A DNA stretch of 35,331 bases from a virus (lineage: Duplodnaviria; Caudoviricetes): positions 1-35,331 of the IMG/VR virus record IMGVR_UViG_3300005286_000486. One strand, written 5' to 3'. The position numbers were made by a program, and so were the translations under genes. A model generated the notes under the pieces. That model searched no databases. It had not been told where the DNA came from and saw only the letters and a program-made list of their open reading frames with translations. Below, in pieces: positions 6,600 to 15,694 of the stretch (position 1 is the first letter of the stretch; each line of letters starts with the position of its first letter).

Positions 6600-6890
6600 C
6601 TACTTCGGAAAGTTGAGATTGGCGCTGGCGGCCCGTACGAAGTAATCGGCGACGGGGCCGGCTCCTGCCCTCATTGCGTCGGGAACCCATTCCAATTCGG
6701 GAACCGCGTCGTTGTCCGCGGTCAGTGCCGCCAGCGACCTGGTAATCTCGAATTGCAGGTAATCGGGCTTCGGCGACACCGCGATCAGGGCCGCAATCGC
6801 CGCCTGCATGATTTTCAGCTGTCCCAGCGTGGCGGCCTCGGCTCGAGCACGAAGCTCTTCTTCGGTCATATTCTCGTAATCCAACGTCAT
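6600..6890 (-). CDS. Counter-oriented hypothetical protein (96 aa, MTLDYENMTEEELRARAE...), moron in the pR operon
   Basis: AAGGAG RBS before ATG 6890; natural helical protein composition. Confidence 0.75.
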   Translation of the reverse strand: MTLDYENMTEEELRARAEAATLGQLKIMQAAIAALIAVSPKPDYLQFEITRSLAALTADNDAVPELEWVPDAMRAGAGPVADYFVRAASANLNFPK

Positions 6891-6949
6891 GGCACTTTCT
6901 CCTTGTGGTGTTTGGCGACTCACAACCGAGCAGGATGCCATGGCGAAGT

Positions 6950-7260
6950 CCAGCGGGGCGGGTTTCCCGTCCCGCTGGTATCCACCTTTTCTGCCCCGCC
7001 CCTAAGCTTCGCGACTGCGCGCTCGCTGGCGGGGACCCTGGTTTCCTCCCGCCACCCCCGAAGGAAGAGTTGCAACACCTCTTTGTCGGGGAAGGTCCAG
7101 CCGGTCGTCCGCCCGTCCGCCGCATGTGGCGGGCGACCGCTGGGCGGCGGAGGCCCACCTGTTCCCCTGCGCGGTATCTCCTCCCAGTCGCCGCGCCAAC
7201 TGCAGCCGGAACGCGCCGGCCCTCGGGTAGAGCGTAGCGGACCGTTCCGGATGCTTTTCT
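6950..7260 (+). ncRNA. Array of about six consecutive hairpins in the cro-cII interval; the last is terminator-like
   Basis: Inverted repeats at 6950-6978, 7027-7054, 7056-7091, 7097-7143, 7169-7196 (loop contains CTCCTCCC) and 7206-7250, followed by TTTT. Confidence 0.45.
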
Positions 7261-7434
7261 CTTCGTCGGCTCGGACGGCCTGTCGGCCCCTACGGGCACC
7301 AAAGTCCACATTCCGTTTCGTCCAGGCATGCGGGCCTCCTTGAGTTGATGGGCCGACGCTAGGCGAAGACCTGGCGGCAAACACTGAATCCTTTCCGATT
7401 TTTCTTTCCTTGACCGAATTTCAGGGGTGTTTTC

Positions 7435-7896
7435 GTGCGCACGATCTCAGACGAGGAAATCCGGTCCCTCAAGGGAGCGACAGATGCGGCATACCGCCTG
7501 GGCGGCGGTGTTACCAGCTTCGAGCTCCTGACGCGCTGCAAGGTCTCGACGCTGTCGAAGTACGCGTCGCTCAACTCCGAAAACGAAACCTTCCTGATCC
7601 CGGTCGACGTGGCGATCGAGGCGGACCGCTGGGCGAAGAGCCCGGTGATCGTCTCGGCCATGGCGCGGGCGCTCGGCTACCGGCTGGTGCCGGCGGACGC
7701 CGACGAGGCGACGCCGGCCGCGCTGACCGAGCGCGACGCCCACGACCTGCTGAACGACGCGATGGACGTGACGCGCGAAACGCTGATCGCGATGGAGGAC
7801 GGCAAGACCGACGCGCTGGAGCGCAAGCGGATCCGCACCGAACTGATGGAACTGGTGCGCACCGCGCAGCTGATGCTGCTGAAGGTGAGGGAATGA
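7435..7896 (+). CDS. CII-like phage regulatory protein
   Basis: Position after cro; STLSKYAS...[10 protein letters not shown]...[17 protein letters not shown] and MEDGK.D..ERK.I pattern of the phage CII/CP76-like family. Confidence 0.75.
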   Translation: MRTISDEEIRSLKGATDAAYRLGGGVTSFELLTRCKVSTLSKYASLNSENETFLIPVDVAIEADRWAKSPVIVSAMARALGYRLVPADADEATPAALTERDAHDLLNDAMDVTRETLIAMEDGKTDALERKRIRTELMELVRTAQLMLLKVRE

Positions 7897-8081
7897 GCAT
7901 GATGCCCGCCGCCCGCCACGACCAGACCGCGCGCCGGGAGCTGACGATCAGGCAAAGGCTGTCCTGGCGCATTCTCGAGCTTTTCCATGTCGAGGGCCGC
8001 AGCACCTTTGCGATCGCGGACGAGCTGTTTTTGACGGAAGCCGAGGTGTGCTCCGTGCTGAACGAGATGGAGCGGCGGTGA
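7893..8081 (+). CDS. Small HTH-like hypothetical protein (62 aa)
   Basis: ATGA coupling; [22 protein letters not shown]. Confidence 0.7.
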   Translation: MSMMPAARHDQTARRELTIRQRLSWRILELFHVEGRSTFAIADELFLTEAEVCSVLNEMERR

Positions 8082-8416
8082 TGGTGGAAGAGTTCGATCC
8101 GATGGCTGTCTACGGTGGCGGCGCCGCCGCGAGCGAGCGGAAGAAGCGTGAGCCGGCGCAAGAGCAGCCGACACCGAACGTTGCGGCCGACCAGCTGCGC
8201 GCCTTCGTCGAGCGTATCGAGCACCTGGAGGAGGAGAAGAAGGAAATCGCCGACTTCATCAAGGATGTCTACGGGGAGGCGAAAGCCCTGGGCTTCGACA
8301 CCAAGACACTGAAGAAGGTGGTGAAGATCCGGAAGATGGGCGAGGCGAAGTGGCGCGAGGAAGAGACGATCCTCGACACCTATCTTGTCGCGCTCGGCAT
8401 GATCGGCGAGGGCTGA
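8081..8416 (+). CDS. gapR: GapR-like (DUF2312) nucleoid-associated protein
   Basis: [42 protein letters not shown]...[11 protein letters not shown] is the DUF2312 signature. Confidence 0.93.
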   Translation: MVEEFDPMAVYGGGAAASERKKREPAQEQPTPNVAADQLRAFVERIEHLEEEKKEIADFIKDVYGEAKALGFDTKTLKKVVKIRKMGEAKWREEETILDTYLVALGMIGEG

Positions 8417-8417
8417 A

Positions 8418-9614
8418 ATGGAGGCCAGCCACCTGCCGCCTTTCCAGGTCATGCCGCCACCCAGCGCGGAGGACCGTTCCGCGCTGGAGGAGAGCATCAT
8501 CCGGCATGGCGTCCTGACCCCGGTCGAGTACGACGAGCAGGGCAACATCCTTGACGGCCACACCCGCGTCGAGATCTGCAAAAGCCTCGGGCTCGTCGAC
8601 TGGCCGCGCTTCGTGCGCAAGGGCCTGACGGACGCCGAGAAACGGACCTTTGCCCGCGAGGTCAACGTGGCCCGGCGCCACCTGACGGCGGCGCAAAAGC
8701 GGGAACTTGTCGAAGGGCAGCTGCGCGACACGCCGTCCATCTCCTCGCGCGCGATCGCCGCCATGCTCGGCGTCGACCACAAGACAGTGACCGCTGCACG
8801 CAAGCGGCTGGAGGATGGTGGGGAAATTCCCCACCATGACGAGCTGACGGGCAAGGATGGCGTGAGCCAGCCGGCGGCGAAGCCGATCAGGACCATGTTC
8901 CTGCCGGACAAGGCGAACGTCAAGGAGCTGAAGACGGTCGCCAAGGCTATCCGCGACCAGGAGCGCCAGACATCGCGTCTGGTGCGGGCGGATATCATCA
9001 ACGCCATTGCCGATCGCGGGACGCGGACGGCGGGCGAGATGCCGCGAGCAGCCTTTCCGATCATCTATGCCGATCCGCCCTGGGAGCAGGAAGCCTGGAG
9101 CGACGAGACCGGGCAGGACAAGGGGCTGAAATATCCGCCCATGCCGCTCGACGAGATCAAGGCTCTGTGCGCCGGGGAGAAAAGCCCGGCCACGCGGGAC
9201 GCGCTTCTGTTTCTGTGGGTGACGGCGAACCGGCTGGACGACGGCATCGATGTCTTGCGCTCCTGGGGCTTCGACTACGTCACCTGCCTTGTCTGGGACA
9301 AGGAAACGATCGGCATGGGGCGCTGGGTGCGCGACCGGCACGAAGTGTTGCTGATCGGCAAGCGCGGCGATTTTCCCGCGCCGTTGCCCGGCACGCAAAC
9401 TCCCTCGGTGCATGCTGAGCGCAAGGGCGCGCATAGCCGCAAGCCGGTCTGGTTCGCGGAAATGATCGAGCGGCTTTATCCCGACATGCGCAAGCTGGAG
9501 CTTTTCCAGCGCGCGGCCAGCCTGGCGGAAGGCGATATCCGCCGGAACGGAATGTGGGATTTCTGGGGGTTCGAGGCTGGAAGCGATGCGACGGGAGACG
9601 GTCATGAAGCCTGA
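8418..9614 (+). CDS. ParB-like N-terminal domain fused to MT-A70-family N6-adenine methyltransferase
   Basis: LEESIIRHGVLTPV...ILDGHTR (ParB-like), N..RRHLT plus HTH; IYADPPW, LFLWVT, HSRKP and LELF (MT-A70). Confidence 0.9.
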   Translation: MEASHLPPFQVMPPPSAEDRSALEESIIRHGVLTPVEYDEQGNILDGHTRVEICKSLGLVDWPRFVRKGLTDAEKRTFAREVNVARRHLTAAQKRELVEGQLRDTPSISSRAIAAMLGVDHKTVTAARKRLEDGGEIPHHDELTGKDGVSQPAAKPIRTMFLPDKANVKELKTVAKAIRDQERQTSRLVRADIINAIADRGTRTAGEMPRAAFPIIYADPPWEQEAWSDETGQDKGLKYPPMPLDEIKALCAGEKSPATRDALLFLWVTANRLDDGIDVLRSWGFDYVTCLVWDKETIGMGRWVRDRHEVLLIGKRGDFPAPLPGTQTPSVHAERKGAHSRKPVWFAEMIERLYPDMRKLELFQRAASLAEGDIRRNGMWDFWGFEAGSDATGDGHEA

Positions 9615-9900
9615 TCTCTCGTCCGAAGTCCTGCAGGCCTATCTCGAAGCGCAGATCTTCTTTGCCGGGGATCTGATGGCGGCATTTCCCCCGAAGCTCA
9701 GGGCGAAGGATGTGGCGCGGCGAAACGCCGAACTCAGCGAGCGGGCTGCAATCGCCAAACGCGCGGGCCTGTCACGAAAGATCGTCGATCTGGCGCGGAA
9801 GAATAGGCCGATCCTGCCGGAGCATCAGCGGCGGCTGTGGCTGGCGCTGCACGTCGATCCGGAAGCGATCTTTGCCGAATACGGGGAGGGGCTGGAATGA
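9604..9900 (+). CDS. Hypothetical protein (98 aa), possible HTH
   Basis: GGAG RBS; coupled to neighbours; IAKRAGLSRKIV. Confidence 0.7.
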   Translation: MKPDLSSEVLQAYLEAQIFFAGDLMAAFPPKLRAKDVARRNAELSERAAIAKRAGLSRKIVDLARKNRPILPEHQRRLWLALHVDPEAIFAEYGEGLE

Positions 9901-10184
9901 GACCCGGCGTCGATCGCGCGAAGCTCGCTTACCACGTCGCTGCCTTCCTCGACCGCGAGGGGCTTTCCTACCGGGATGCTGCGGTTCGGTTTCCGGGTCT
10001 GAACACGGCGATGCTCAGCCGGGTGAAACGGGGTGCGGTTCTGGCCGAGGGGAGCTTGCTCGCGGTCTGCGCGGCGATGGGCGTGAACCCACTCGACTAT
10101 CTCGTGTTCGTCGATCCTCGCCAGCAAAATCAAACTGTTACAGCAATTGATAAATGTGAAACGGAGGGCCATCCCTATGGCTGA
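9897..10184 (+). CDS. XRE-like HTH protein (95 aa)
   Basis: ATGA coupling; GLSYRDAA...LNTAMLSRVKRG...LLAVCAAMGVNPLDYL. Confidence 0.75.
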   Translation: MRPGVDRAKLAYHVAAFLDREGLSYRDAAVRFPGLNTAMLSRVKRGAVLAEGSLLAVCAAMGVNPLDYLVFVDPRQQNQTVTAIDKCETEGHPYG

Positions 10185-11304
10185 TGCATTCTCTGTGGTG
10201 ACCACTGCGGGGGACCTGACCCGCGTCCTGAGATCCGTCCAGCCGGGCGTTAAGCGTCGATACCGCACGAGCATTCCCGTGCTGACGATGGCCAAGTTTT
10301 CCGGAGGCCGCATAACGGTCACGGATCTCGATCTACAATTGTCCGCCGCGCTTCCCTCGCTGGAATTTCAGGGTGATGCGCTCGCGCCGTTCTGGACGCT
10401 ACTGCGGCTCGCCTCGGCCTTCGATGCGGACACGGAGATCAGGCTTTCCGGCGAGGAGAACCACGTCGTGTCGCTGCGCGCCGGTGGATCGAGCTATCGG
10501 CTCGCCGGCCTCGCTGTCTCGGAGTTTCCGGAGATGGCAATTCCTGCCGACATGGAAGAGATCAAGGCGGACGGCGGGGCGTTGCGCACCGCGCTGCGCT
10601 TCTGCCAGCCCTACGCCTCGCAGGAAGAGACACGATACTACCTGAACGGCGTCTGCCTGTTCGGCACGTCGATCGTCGCGACGGACGGACACCGCATGGC
10701 CATGGTGGACGACGTGCTGGAGGCCGCGCCTTCCGAGAAATTTATCATTCCCAACCGGGCGGTGAAGGCGTTGCTGACCATGGCCGATCCGCAGGTGTCG
10801 GTCGGAAAGCTGAGGCTCGTCGCCAAGTCCGCCGGCATGGAGCTGAAAGCCAAGCTGATCGACGGGACGTATCCGGACGTCATGCGCGTGGTGCCGCAGG
10901 ATGCGAACATGGAAACGTCGTTCGACCGGATGACGGCACTGCGGCTGCTGAAACGGCTGTCGGCGATCTCGAGCCGATCATTTCACGGCGCGGCGATCGC
11001 CGCAAAGAGCGGAAAGCTTGCCGTCGCGGCGCAGGGTGTCGATGACGGATTCGGATTGGAGGTTATGGATTGCGGCGGAACAGGATTCCAGCGTGCTTTC
11101 AACATCAACTACCTAACGCAAGTGTTGTCGTCGCTTGACGGTGACATCGTCCGTTTTCGCAATAACGGAGACCGAGGCGCTCCGATCATCGCCCAGGCCG
11201 ATGGCGGGATGCGACGCATCGTCCTGATGCCGATGAGATGCGAGGAGAAGACACTCGCGGCGGCCGCTGAAGCCATCGGGACGGACGAAAGGGCGGCGGC
11301 ATGA
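10177..11304 (+). CDS. dnaN: DNA polymerase III beta sliding clamp homologue
   Basis: IPVL, TDLDL, EETRYYLNGV, VATDGHRMA, KLIDGTYPD..RVVP, FN..YL and VLMPMR; 375 aa; GGAGG RBS. Confidence 0.92.
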   Translation: MADAFSVVTTAGDLTRVLRSVQPGVKRRYRTSIPVLTMAKFSGGRITVTDLDLQLSAALPSLEFQGDALAPFWTLLRLASAFDADTEIRLSGEENHVVSLRAGGSSYRLAGLAVSEFPEMAIPADMEEIKADGGALRTALRFCQPYASQEETRYYLNGVCLFGTSIVATDGHRMAMVDDVLEAAPSEKFIIPNRAVKALLTMADPQVSVGKLRLVAKSAGMELKAKLIDGTYPDVMRVVPQDANMETSFDRMTALRLLKRLSAISSRSFHGAAIAAKSGKLAVAAQGVDDGFGLEVMDCGGTGFQRAFNINYLTQVLSSLDGDIVRFRNNGDRGAPIIAQADGGMRRIVLMPMRCEEKTLAAAAEAIGTDERAAA

Positions 11305-11663
11305 CGGCTGATCTTCTTCCCATCATCGAGCAGATGCTCGACCTGACGGATGACCGGGAGCGGGCGGACTGGCTGAAACGGCTGCCGGCGATGACGATCG
11401 CGCGGGAGCGGCGGGCGATCACCGACCATTTCGAGGGTTTAGGCTGGCCGGAGGCCGGGGCCTATGCCGGCGCGGTGACCGCCGCGCTGGACAGCGTGCG
11501 CATGGGCGACGGGCAGCTGCGGCCGGCGGTTCGCCGCGCGCTGGACGTGGCCACGCGGGCGCTGGATGACAGCGTGGCGGCACGGCGCGGGCGGCGGGTG
11601 ACGATTTCCGGCTGCCGCGCGGTGACGGTGGACCCGCCGCGCGGGTTTCGGATGGAGGGGTAG
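11301..11663 (+). CDS. Hypothetical phage protein
   Basis: ATGA coupling to dnaN; operon-consistent. Confidence 0.7.
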   Translation: MTADLLPIIEQMLDLTDDRERADWLKRLPAMTIARERRAITDHFEGLGWPEAGAYAGAVTAALDSVRMGDGQLRPAVRRALDVATRALDDSVAARRGRRVTISGCRAVTVDPPRGFRMEG

Positions 11664-11666
11664 GGG

Positions 11667-13649
11667 ATGAACGCGAATTTCTCGCTCGACAACCGGATGA
11701 CGGTCGTTCTCTTCGCCGGGATGGGCGGCGGGTGCGACGGGCTGGAGCAGGCGGGCTTTCCGGTGCATCTGGCGATCAACCACGACCCGGTCGCCGTCGC
11801 CGTGCACAAGGCCCGGCATCCGCACACGCGGCACGAGCGCTGCGACGTTTTCGAGGTCTGCCCGAAAGAGGCGACGAGGGGGCGCGGCGTGCGCGTGCTG
11901 CACGCTTCGCCCGACTGCACCCACTTTTCCGTCGCCAAGGGCGGCAAGCCGGTCTCGCGCCGGCGGCGCTCGCTCGCCTGGGTGATCTGCCGCTGGGCGG
12001 GGCAGGTGGGGCCGGAGACGATCACTCTGGAGAACGTGCCGGAAATCCAGACATGGGGGCCGCTGGTCGCCAAGCGCTGCGCGAGGACCGGCCGCGTGAT
12101 GCGGCTGGACGGAACGGTGGCGGCCAAGGGCGAGCGAGTGCCGGTGCAGGAACAATGGCTCGTCCCCGATCCGCGCCACAAGGGCCGGATATGGAAAGCC
12201 TGGCTGAAGCACATGCGCCGGCTGGGCTACAATTTCGAGGGGCGCGTGCTGGTCTGCGCCGACTATGGCATCCCGACGATCCGCAAGCGGTTCTTCGGCA
12301 TTGCGCAGGCCGGCGGCGCGCCGATCGCCTGGCCGGAACGGACGCACGCGCCGCGCAAGGACGCCAAGCGGCTGGGGCTCAAGCCATGGGTCGGGGCGCA
12401 CACGATCATCGATTTCTCGCTGCCGGTGAAATCCATTTTCGGGCGGAAGAAGGACCTGGCGGAGGCGACGTTGAGGCGCACGGCTCGAGGCGTCATGCGC
12501 TATGTCGTTGAGGCGGCGAAACCGTTCATCGTGCCGATCACGCACAGCGGGGCGGATCGCGTGCATTCTGTCGACGACCCGTTGCGGACACTGACGACGG
12601 CGCACCGGGGCGAGATGGCGGTTGCGGTGCCCCATGTGGCCGTCATGCGCAATAGTGGAAAGCCCTATACCGCGGCAGATGAGCCTCTGCAGACGCTGAC
12701 GGCCGGAGGCGCGAACCCGGCTTTGGTTACCGCAGCCATGTCGCCCATGGTCATGGGCGTCGGCGGACGGGCGGCACAGACCGAGATTCGCGACCTCCGG
12801 GAGCCGATGGGCGCGGGGACGACGAAAGAGGACCGTGTCGTCATGGCGGCCAGCATGATCCGGACCGATCAGGCCAGCGCCGCCGGCCGGAACGGGGTTC
12901 ATGACCTTCTGGAGCCGGTGAACACCCAGCACACCGCGCCCTCCATGGCGTTAATGGCCGCGACGATATCACCTTTCATCGCTGATGTGGCTCACGGCGA
13001 GGGGCAGGGCCGCGGTGTTTCGGAATGGTCCATAGACGAACCGCTACGGGCTCTTCCGGCCAGCGGCGGAAAGTCGATGGTTGCCGCGTTTCTCGCGCAG
13101 CACTCCGCCGGCACTCATCCGGGGCAGCCTGCCCGCGATCTGGAGGAACCGCTTTCGACCGTCACGTCGACCGGTTCGCAGCAGGGCGTCGTCGCCGCCT
13201 CGATGCTGAACCTGCGCGGCACGGACAAGGCCGGACGGGACGTCCGCGATCCGCTCGCAGCGGTGAACGCCGGCGGAAACCATGCCGGGCTGATCCTCGG
13301 CTTCCTGCAGCACTATTACGGCACGGGCGGGCAGGACCAGTCGCTGGCCGATCCTCTCGGCGCGCTGACGGCCAAGGCGCGTCATGGGCTTGTGACGGTG
13401 AAGGTGGGCAAGGAGACCTACGTCATCACCGATATCGGCATGCGCATGCTGGAGCCGGAGGAGGGCGCGGCGGCGCACGGCTTCGCCAAGGGCGCTCTGC
13501 CCGACACGATCACCATCGACGGAAAGACGCGCAAGCTCACCAAGACCGAGAAATACCACCTGGTCGGCAACAGCGTGCCGCCGAGGATGGTGCGGCTGCT
13601 GGCCGAATGCAACGTGCGCCGCGAGCTGGCGATGGAGGCGGCAGAATGA
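11667..13649 (+). CDS. C5-cytosine DNA methyltransferase with expanded, repeat-containing variable region
   Basis: Motif I LFAGMGG, IV SPDCTHFS, VI LENV, VIII TIRKR, X GNSV; about 8 copies of (D/E)P(L/M/V)x(T/A). Confidence 0.93.
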   Translation: MNANFSLDNRMTVVLFAGMGGGCDGLEQAGFPVHLAINHDPVAVAVHKARHPHTRHERCDVFEVCPKEATRGRGVRVLHASPDCTHFSVAKGGKPVSRRRRSLAWVICRWAGQVGPETITLENVPEIQTWGPLVAKRCARTGRVMRLDGTVAAKGERVPVQEQWLVPDPRHKGRIWKAWLKHMRRLGYNFEGRVLVCADYGIPTIRKRFFGIAQAGGAPIAWPERTHAPRKDAKRLGLKPWVGAHTIIDFSLPVKSIFGRKKDLAEATLRRTARGVMRYVVEAAKPFIVPITHSGADRVHSVDDPLRTLTTAHRGEMAVAVPHVAVMRNSGKPYTAADEPLQTLTAGGANPALVTAAMSPMVMGVGGRAAQTEIRDLREPMGAGTTKEDRVVMAASMIRTDQASAAGRNGVHDLLEPVNTQHTAPSMALMAATISPFIADVAHGEGQGRGVSEWSIDEPLRALPASGGKSMVAAFLAQHSAGTHPGQPARDLEEPLSTVTSTGSQQGVVAASMLNLRGTDKAGRDVRDPLAAVNAGGNHAGLILGFLQHYYGTGGQDQSLADPLGALTAKARHGLVTVKVGKETYVITDIGMRMLEPEEGAAAHGFAKGALPDTITIDGKTRKLTKTEKYHLVGNSVPPRMVRLLAECNVRRELAMEAAE

Positions 13650-15052
13650 ACGACGAGCCACGCCTATCGATTATTCCCGGCTGGGTGACCACGCATCCGG
13701 GCATCAAGGGGCTGAAGGATCTTCAGGTGCTGTGCATCCTCGGCCAGAACGCCAACCGGCGGCACGGCTGGACGCGGCGCAGCCAGGTGAAGATCGCCGA
13801 GCAGCTCGGCTGCGCGCGTTCTACGGTGCAGGCCTCGATCAACCGGCTGGTGGAGATCGGCGCCGTGGAGCGGCGCGAGGTGGTGAGCGACAGCGGGCGC
13901 GACAGTGCGCACTGGTATCGCGTGATCTACGATGCGGCACCACCATCCGGCTATGATTTCGATGCATACCGGGCCGACGAGGATGAGGAATTCGGTCCTA
14001 TCGGGGATGCCGACGCGGACGCACCCCCTGCCGGTGTACCGGCACCCCCTGCCGGTGTACCGGCACCCCCTGCCGGTCCAGAACCGGCACCCCCTGCCGG
14101 TCCAGGACCGGCACCTATGTTAAATACCTCTTGCTTAACTCCTCCTGTAGAACGGGAGAGAGAGAGCGCGAGCGCGCAGGATCTGGAAGAAAGTCCCAAG
14201 GAACTGGCGCGGCGGTTCAAGGCGCTGGAGATCGGGCTGCACGGCAATCCGTGGCCGAATGTGCTGAAGTCGTCGAGCGACTGGGGCCTGCGGCAGTTCA
14301 TCGCTCTGTCCCCGGATGAGAGGCGGCTGGCCGAGGAGCGGCGCGACGCCTATCTCGCCGCCTGTCCCAAAGTGGCGTCGGGTCCGCGAAAGGGTGAACC
14401 TGACGCTGTGCCGCTCGGCGTCTATCTGCGTGACCGGAAATTTATCGACGTGGCCGCGATCGCGCCGCGGCTGGTCCGGCGTGAAACGGCGGCAGCACCC
14501 GTCAATGTCGCTCCGTTCGGTCCGATCTGGGCGGGACTGCGGATGATGTCGCTGCTCGACGGACCTATGGACGTCGATGTTCCGGACGACCTGCGCGCCT
14601 CGGTGCTGTCGACGTTCGAGGCGTTGAGGCGGACCAGCCCGGACAGGGCGCGCAACTTCCTTGCCCGCAAAGGGATCGGACTGGACGAACAGGGTCAGCC
14701 GGTGTTTCCCGACGATTTCGAGCAAGCCGAGCGCCTACGGCGCGTGACCGAGAGTGGCTATCCGGAGGCCAACCGCCTGCACGACCAGGCGAAGCAGCGG
14801 GCCAACAGCTTCGCGCCGCCGGTCCACGGAGCGCTGTCGCCGCTGATGGAGGCCGTTCCTGTCGGCTCGGCCGTCTACGAGGATTGGCGCGAGGAACATG
14901 TTCGAAGGGGCTGGCCGCTCTGGCCTGATCCGGGTGGCATGCGGGTGGTCTACTTCCCGAAGGGCGGGCCGGAAGGGCTTGAAGATTTCGAGAGAGCCGC
15001 ACGGGCGGTCATGGCGGATGCGAGGAGCGGAGCGGACGATGATGCAGCATAG
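13646..15052 (+). CDS. Phage replication initiator (N-terminal winged HTH)
   Basis: ATGA coupling; SQVKIAEQLGCARSTVQASINRLVEIG; internal iterons as in lambda O-type genes. Confidence 0.85.
   Translation: MNDEPRLSIIPGWVTTHPGIKGLKDLQVLCILGQNANRRHGWTRRSQVKIAEQLGCARSTVQASINRLVEIGAVERREVVSDSGRDSAHWYRVIYDAAPPSGYDFDAYRADEDEEFGPIGDADADAPPAGVPAPPAGVPAPPAGPEPAPPAGPGPAPMLNTSCLTPPVERERESASAQDLEESPKELARRFKALEIGLHGNPWPNVLKSSSDWGLRQFIALSPDERRLAEERRDAYLAACPKVASGPRKGEPDAVPLGVYLRDRKFIDVAAIAPRLVRRETAAAPVNVAPFGPIWAGLRMMSLLDGPMDVDVPDDLRASVLSTFEALRRTSPDRARNFLARKGIGLDEQGQPVFPDDFEQAERLRRVTESGYPEANRLHDQAKQRANSFAPPVHGALSPLMEAVPVGSAVYEDWREEHVRRGWPLWPDPGGMRVVYFPKGGPEGLEDFERAARAVMADARSGADDDAA
14021..14140 (+). repeat. 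Replication-origin iterons (4 x GCACCCCCTGCCGGT at 21/21/24-bp spacing) plus AT-rich tract
   Basis: Copies at 14021, 14042, 14063 and 14087, partial at 14111; followed by TATGTTAAATACCTCTTGCTTAACT. Confidence 0.85.
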
Positions 15053-15677
15053 GGGTTTGACCGGACGGCTGATCGGTGCGGGTCGTCCTTCCGGGTTCGA
15101 GGAAACGGAACGCCGAATCAGGATGGAACGGATCGCGTCGGGGGTGGCTGTGACGCACGCCGATTCGCCGTGGTTTGCTCTCCGCTGCTGGACGGGTCGC
15201 GAAACGGCTGTGGATAACAATCTCAAGGAACTGGGCGTGACGGCGCTCGTGCCCATGCGGAAAGGGCCGGATCTGCGTCGGCGTGGACGTGTGATAGAAG
15301 GCCGGATGATGCCGGTCATCCACGGCTATGTGCTCGTCCAGATGGACGCAAGCCCGGTTCTGCTCGATGCTCTCAAGGCTGTCGAGCATGTGATCGAAGT
15401 GCTTGGGGGATGCCTGAACCCGAAGCGATTGAGCGCTGCGGAAGTCAACGATTTCAGGGCGATGGCGGAACGCGGCGTCTACGACTGGGAGCGTGATCGA
15501 GGCGTTGTCTTCGTTAAAGATGAGAAGGTGAGGATAGTTGACGGATTGTTCGGCGGCTTGATCGGTGTGGTGGTCAGCGCACGCAATGATCGCAGGGGTG
15601 ACGCGGTGGTCAGCATCGACGTGATGGGCAGGGAGACGCCGGTGACGTTGCCTCTTGCAATGCTCGAAAAAATCTGA
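15039..15677 (+). CDS. NusG-family (NGN + KOW) transcription antiterminator, late regulator
   Basis: WFALRCWTGRE...PVIHGYVLV (NGN); EKVRIVDGLFGGLIGVV...VSIDVMGRETPV (KOW); occupies the Q position. Confidence 0.9.
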   Translation: MMQHRGLTGRLIGAGRPSGFEETERRIRMERIASGVAVTHADSPWFALRCWTGRETAVDNNLKELGVTALVPMRKGPDLRRRGRVIEGRMMPVIHGYVLVQMDASPVLLDALKAVEHVIEVLGGCLNPKRLSAAEVNDFRAMAERGVYDWERDRGVVFVKDEKVRIVDGLFGGLIGVVVSARNDRRGDAVVSIDVMGRETPVTLPLAMLEKI

Positions 15678-15694
15678 GAGTCGTTCTGACCATT

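Noticed and set aside
6118-7380. 420-aa minus-strand ORF ending near the cI start
   Set aside because: Arg/Gly/Pro-rich nonsense composition; overlaps cro, the operators and the 96-aa gene.
7571-9605. Long minus-strand ORFs (497 aa, 448 aa) and similar ones at 11439-12932, 18847-19854 and 21815-23511
   Set aside because: Antisense shadows of well-supported plus-strand genes in GC-rich DNA; no motifs, RBS or operon logic.
13025-13645. N-terminal extension of the initiator (675-aa track ORF)
   Set aside because: Overlaps the methyltransferase in another frame; the real start is the coupled ATG at 13646.
14021-14115. CRISPR-like array
   Set aside because: Units are adjacent with no unique spacers, lie in frame inside the initiator gene, and no cas genes are present; better explained as iterons.
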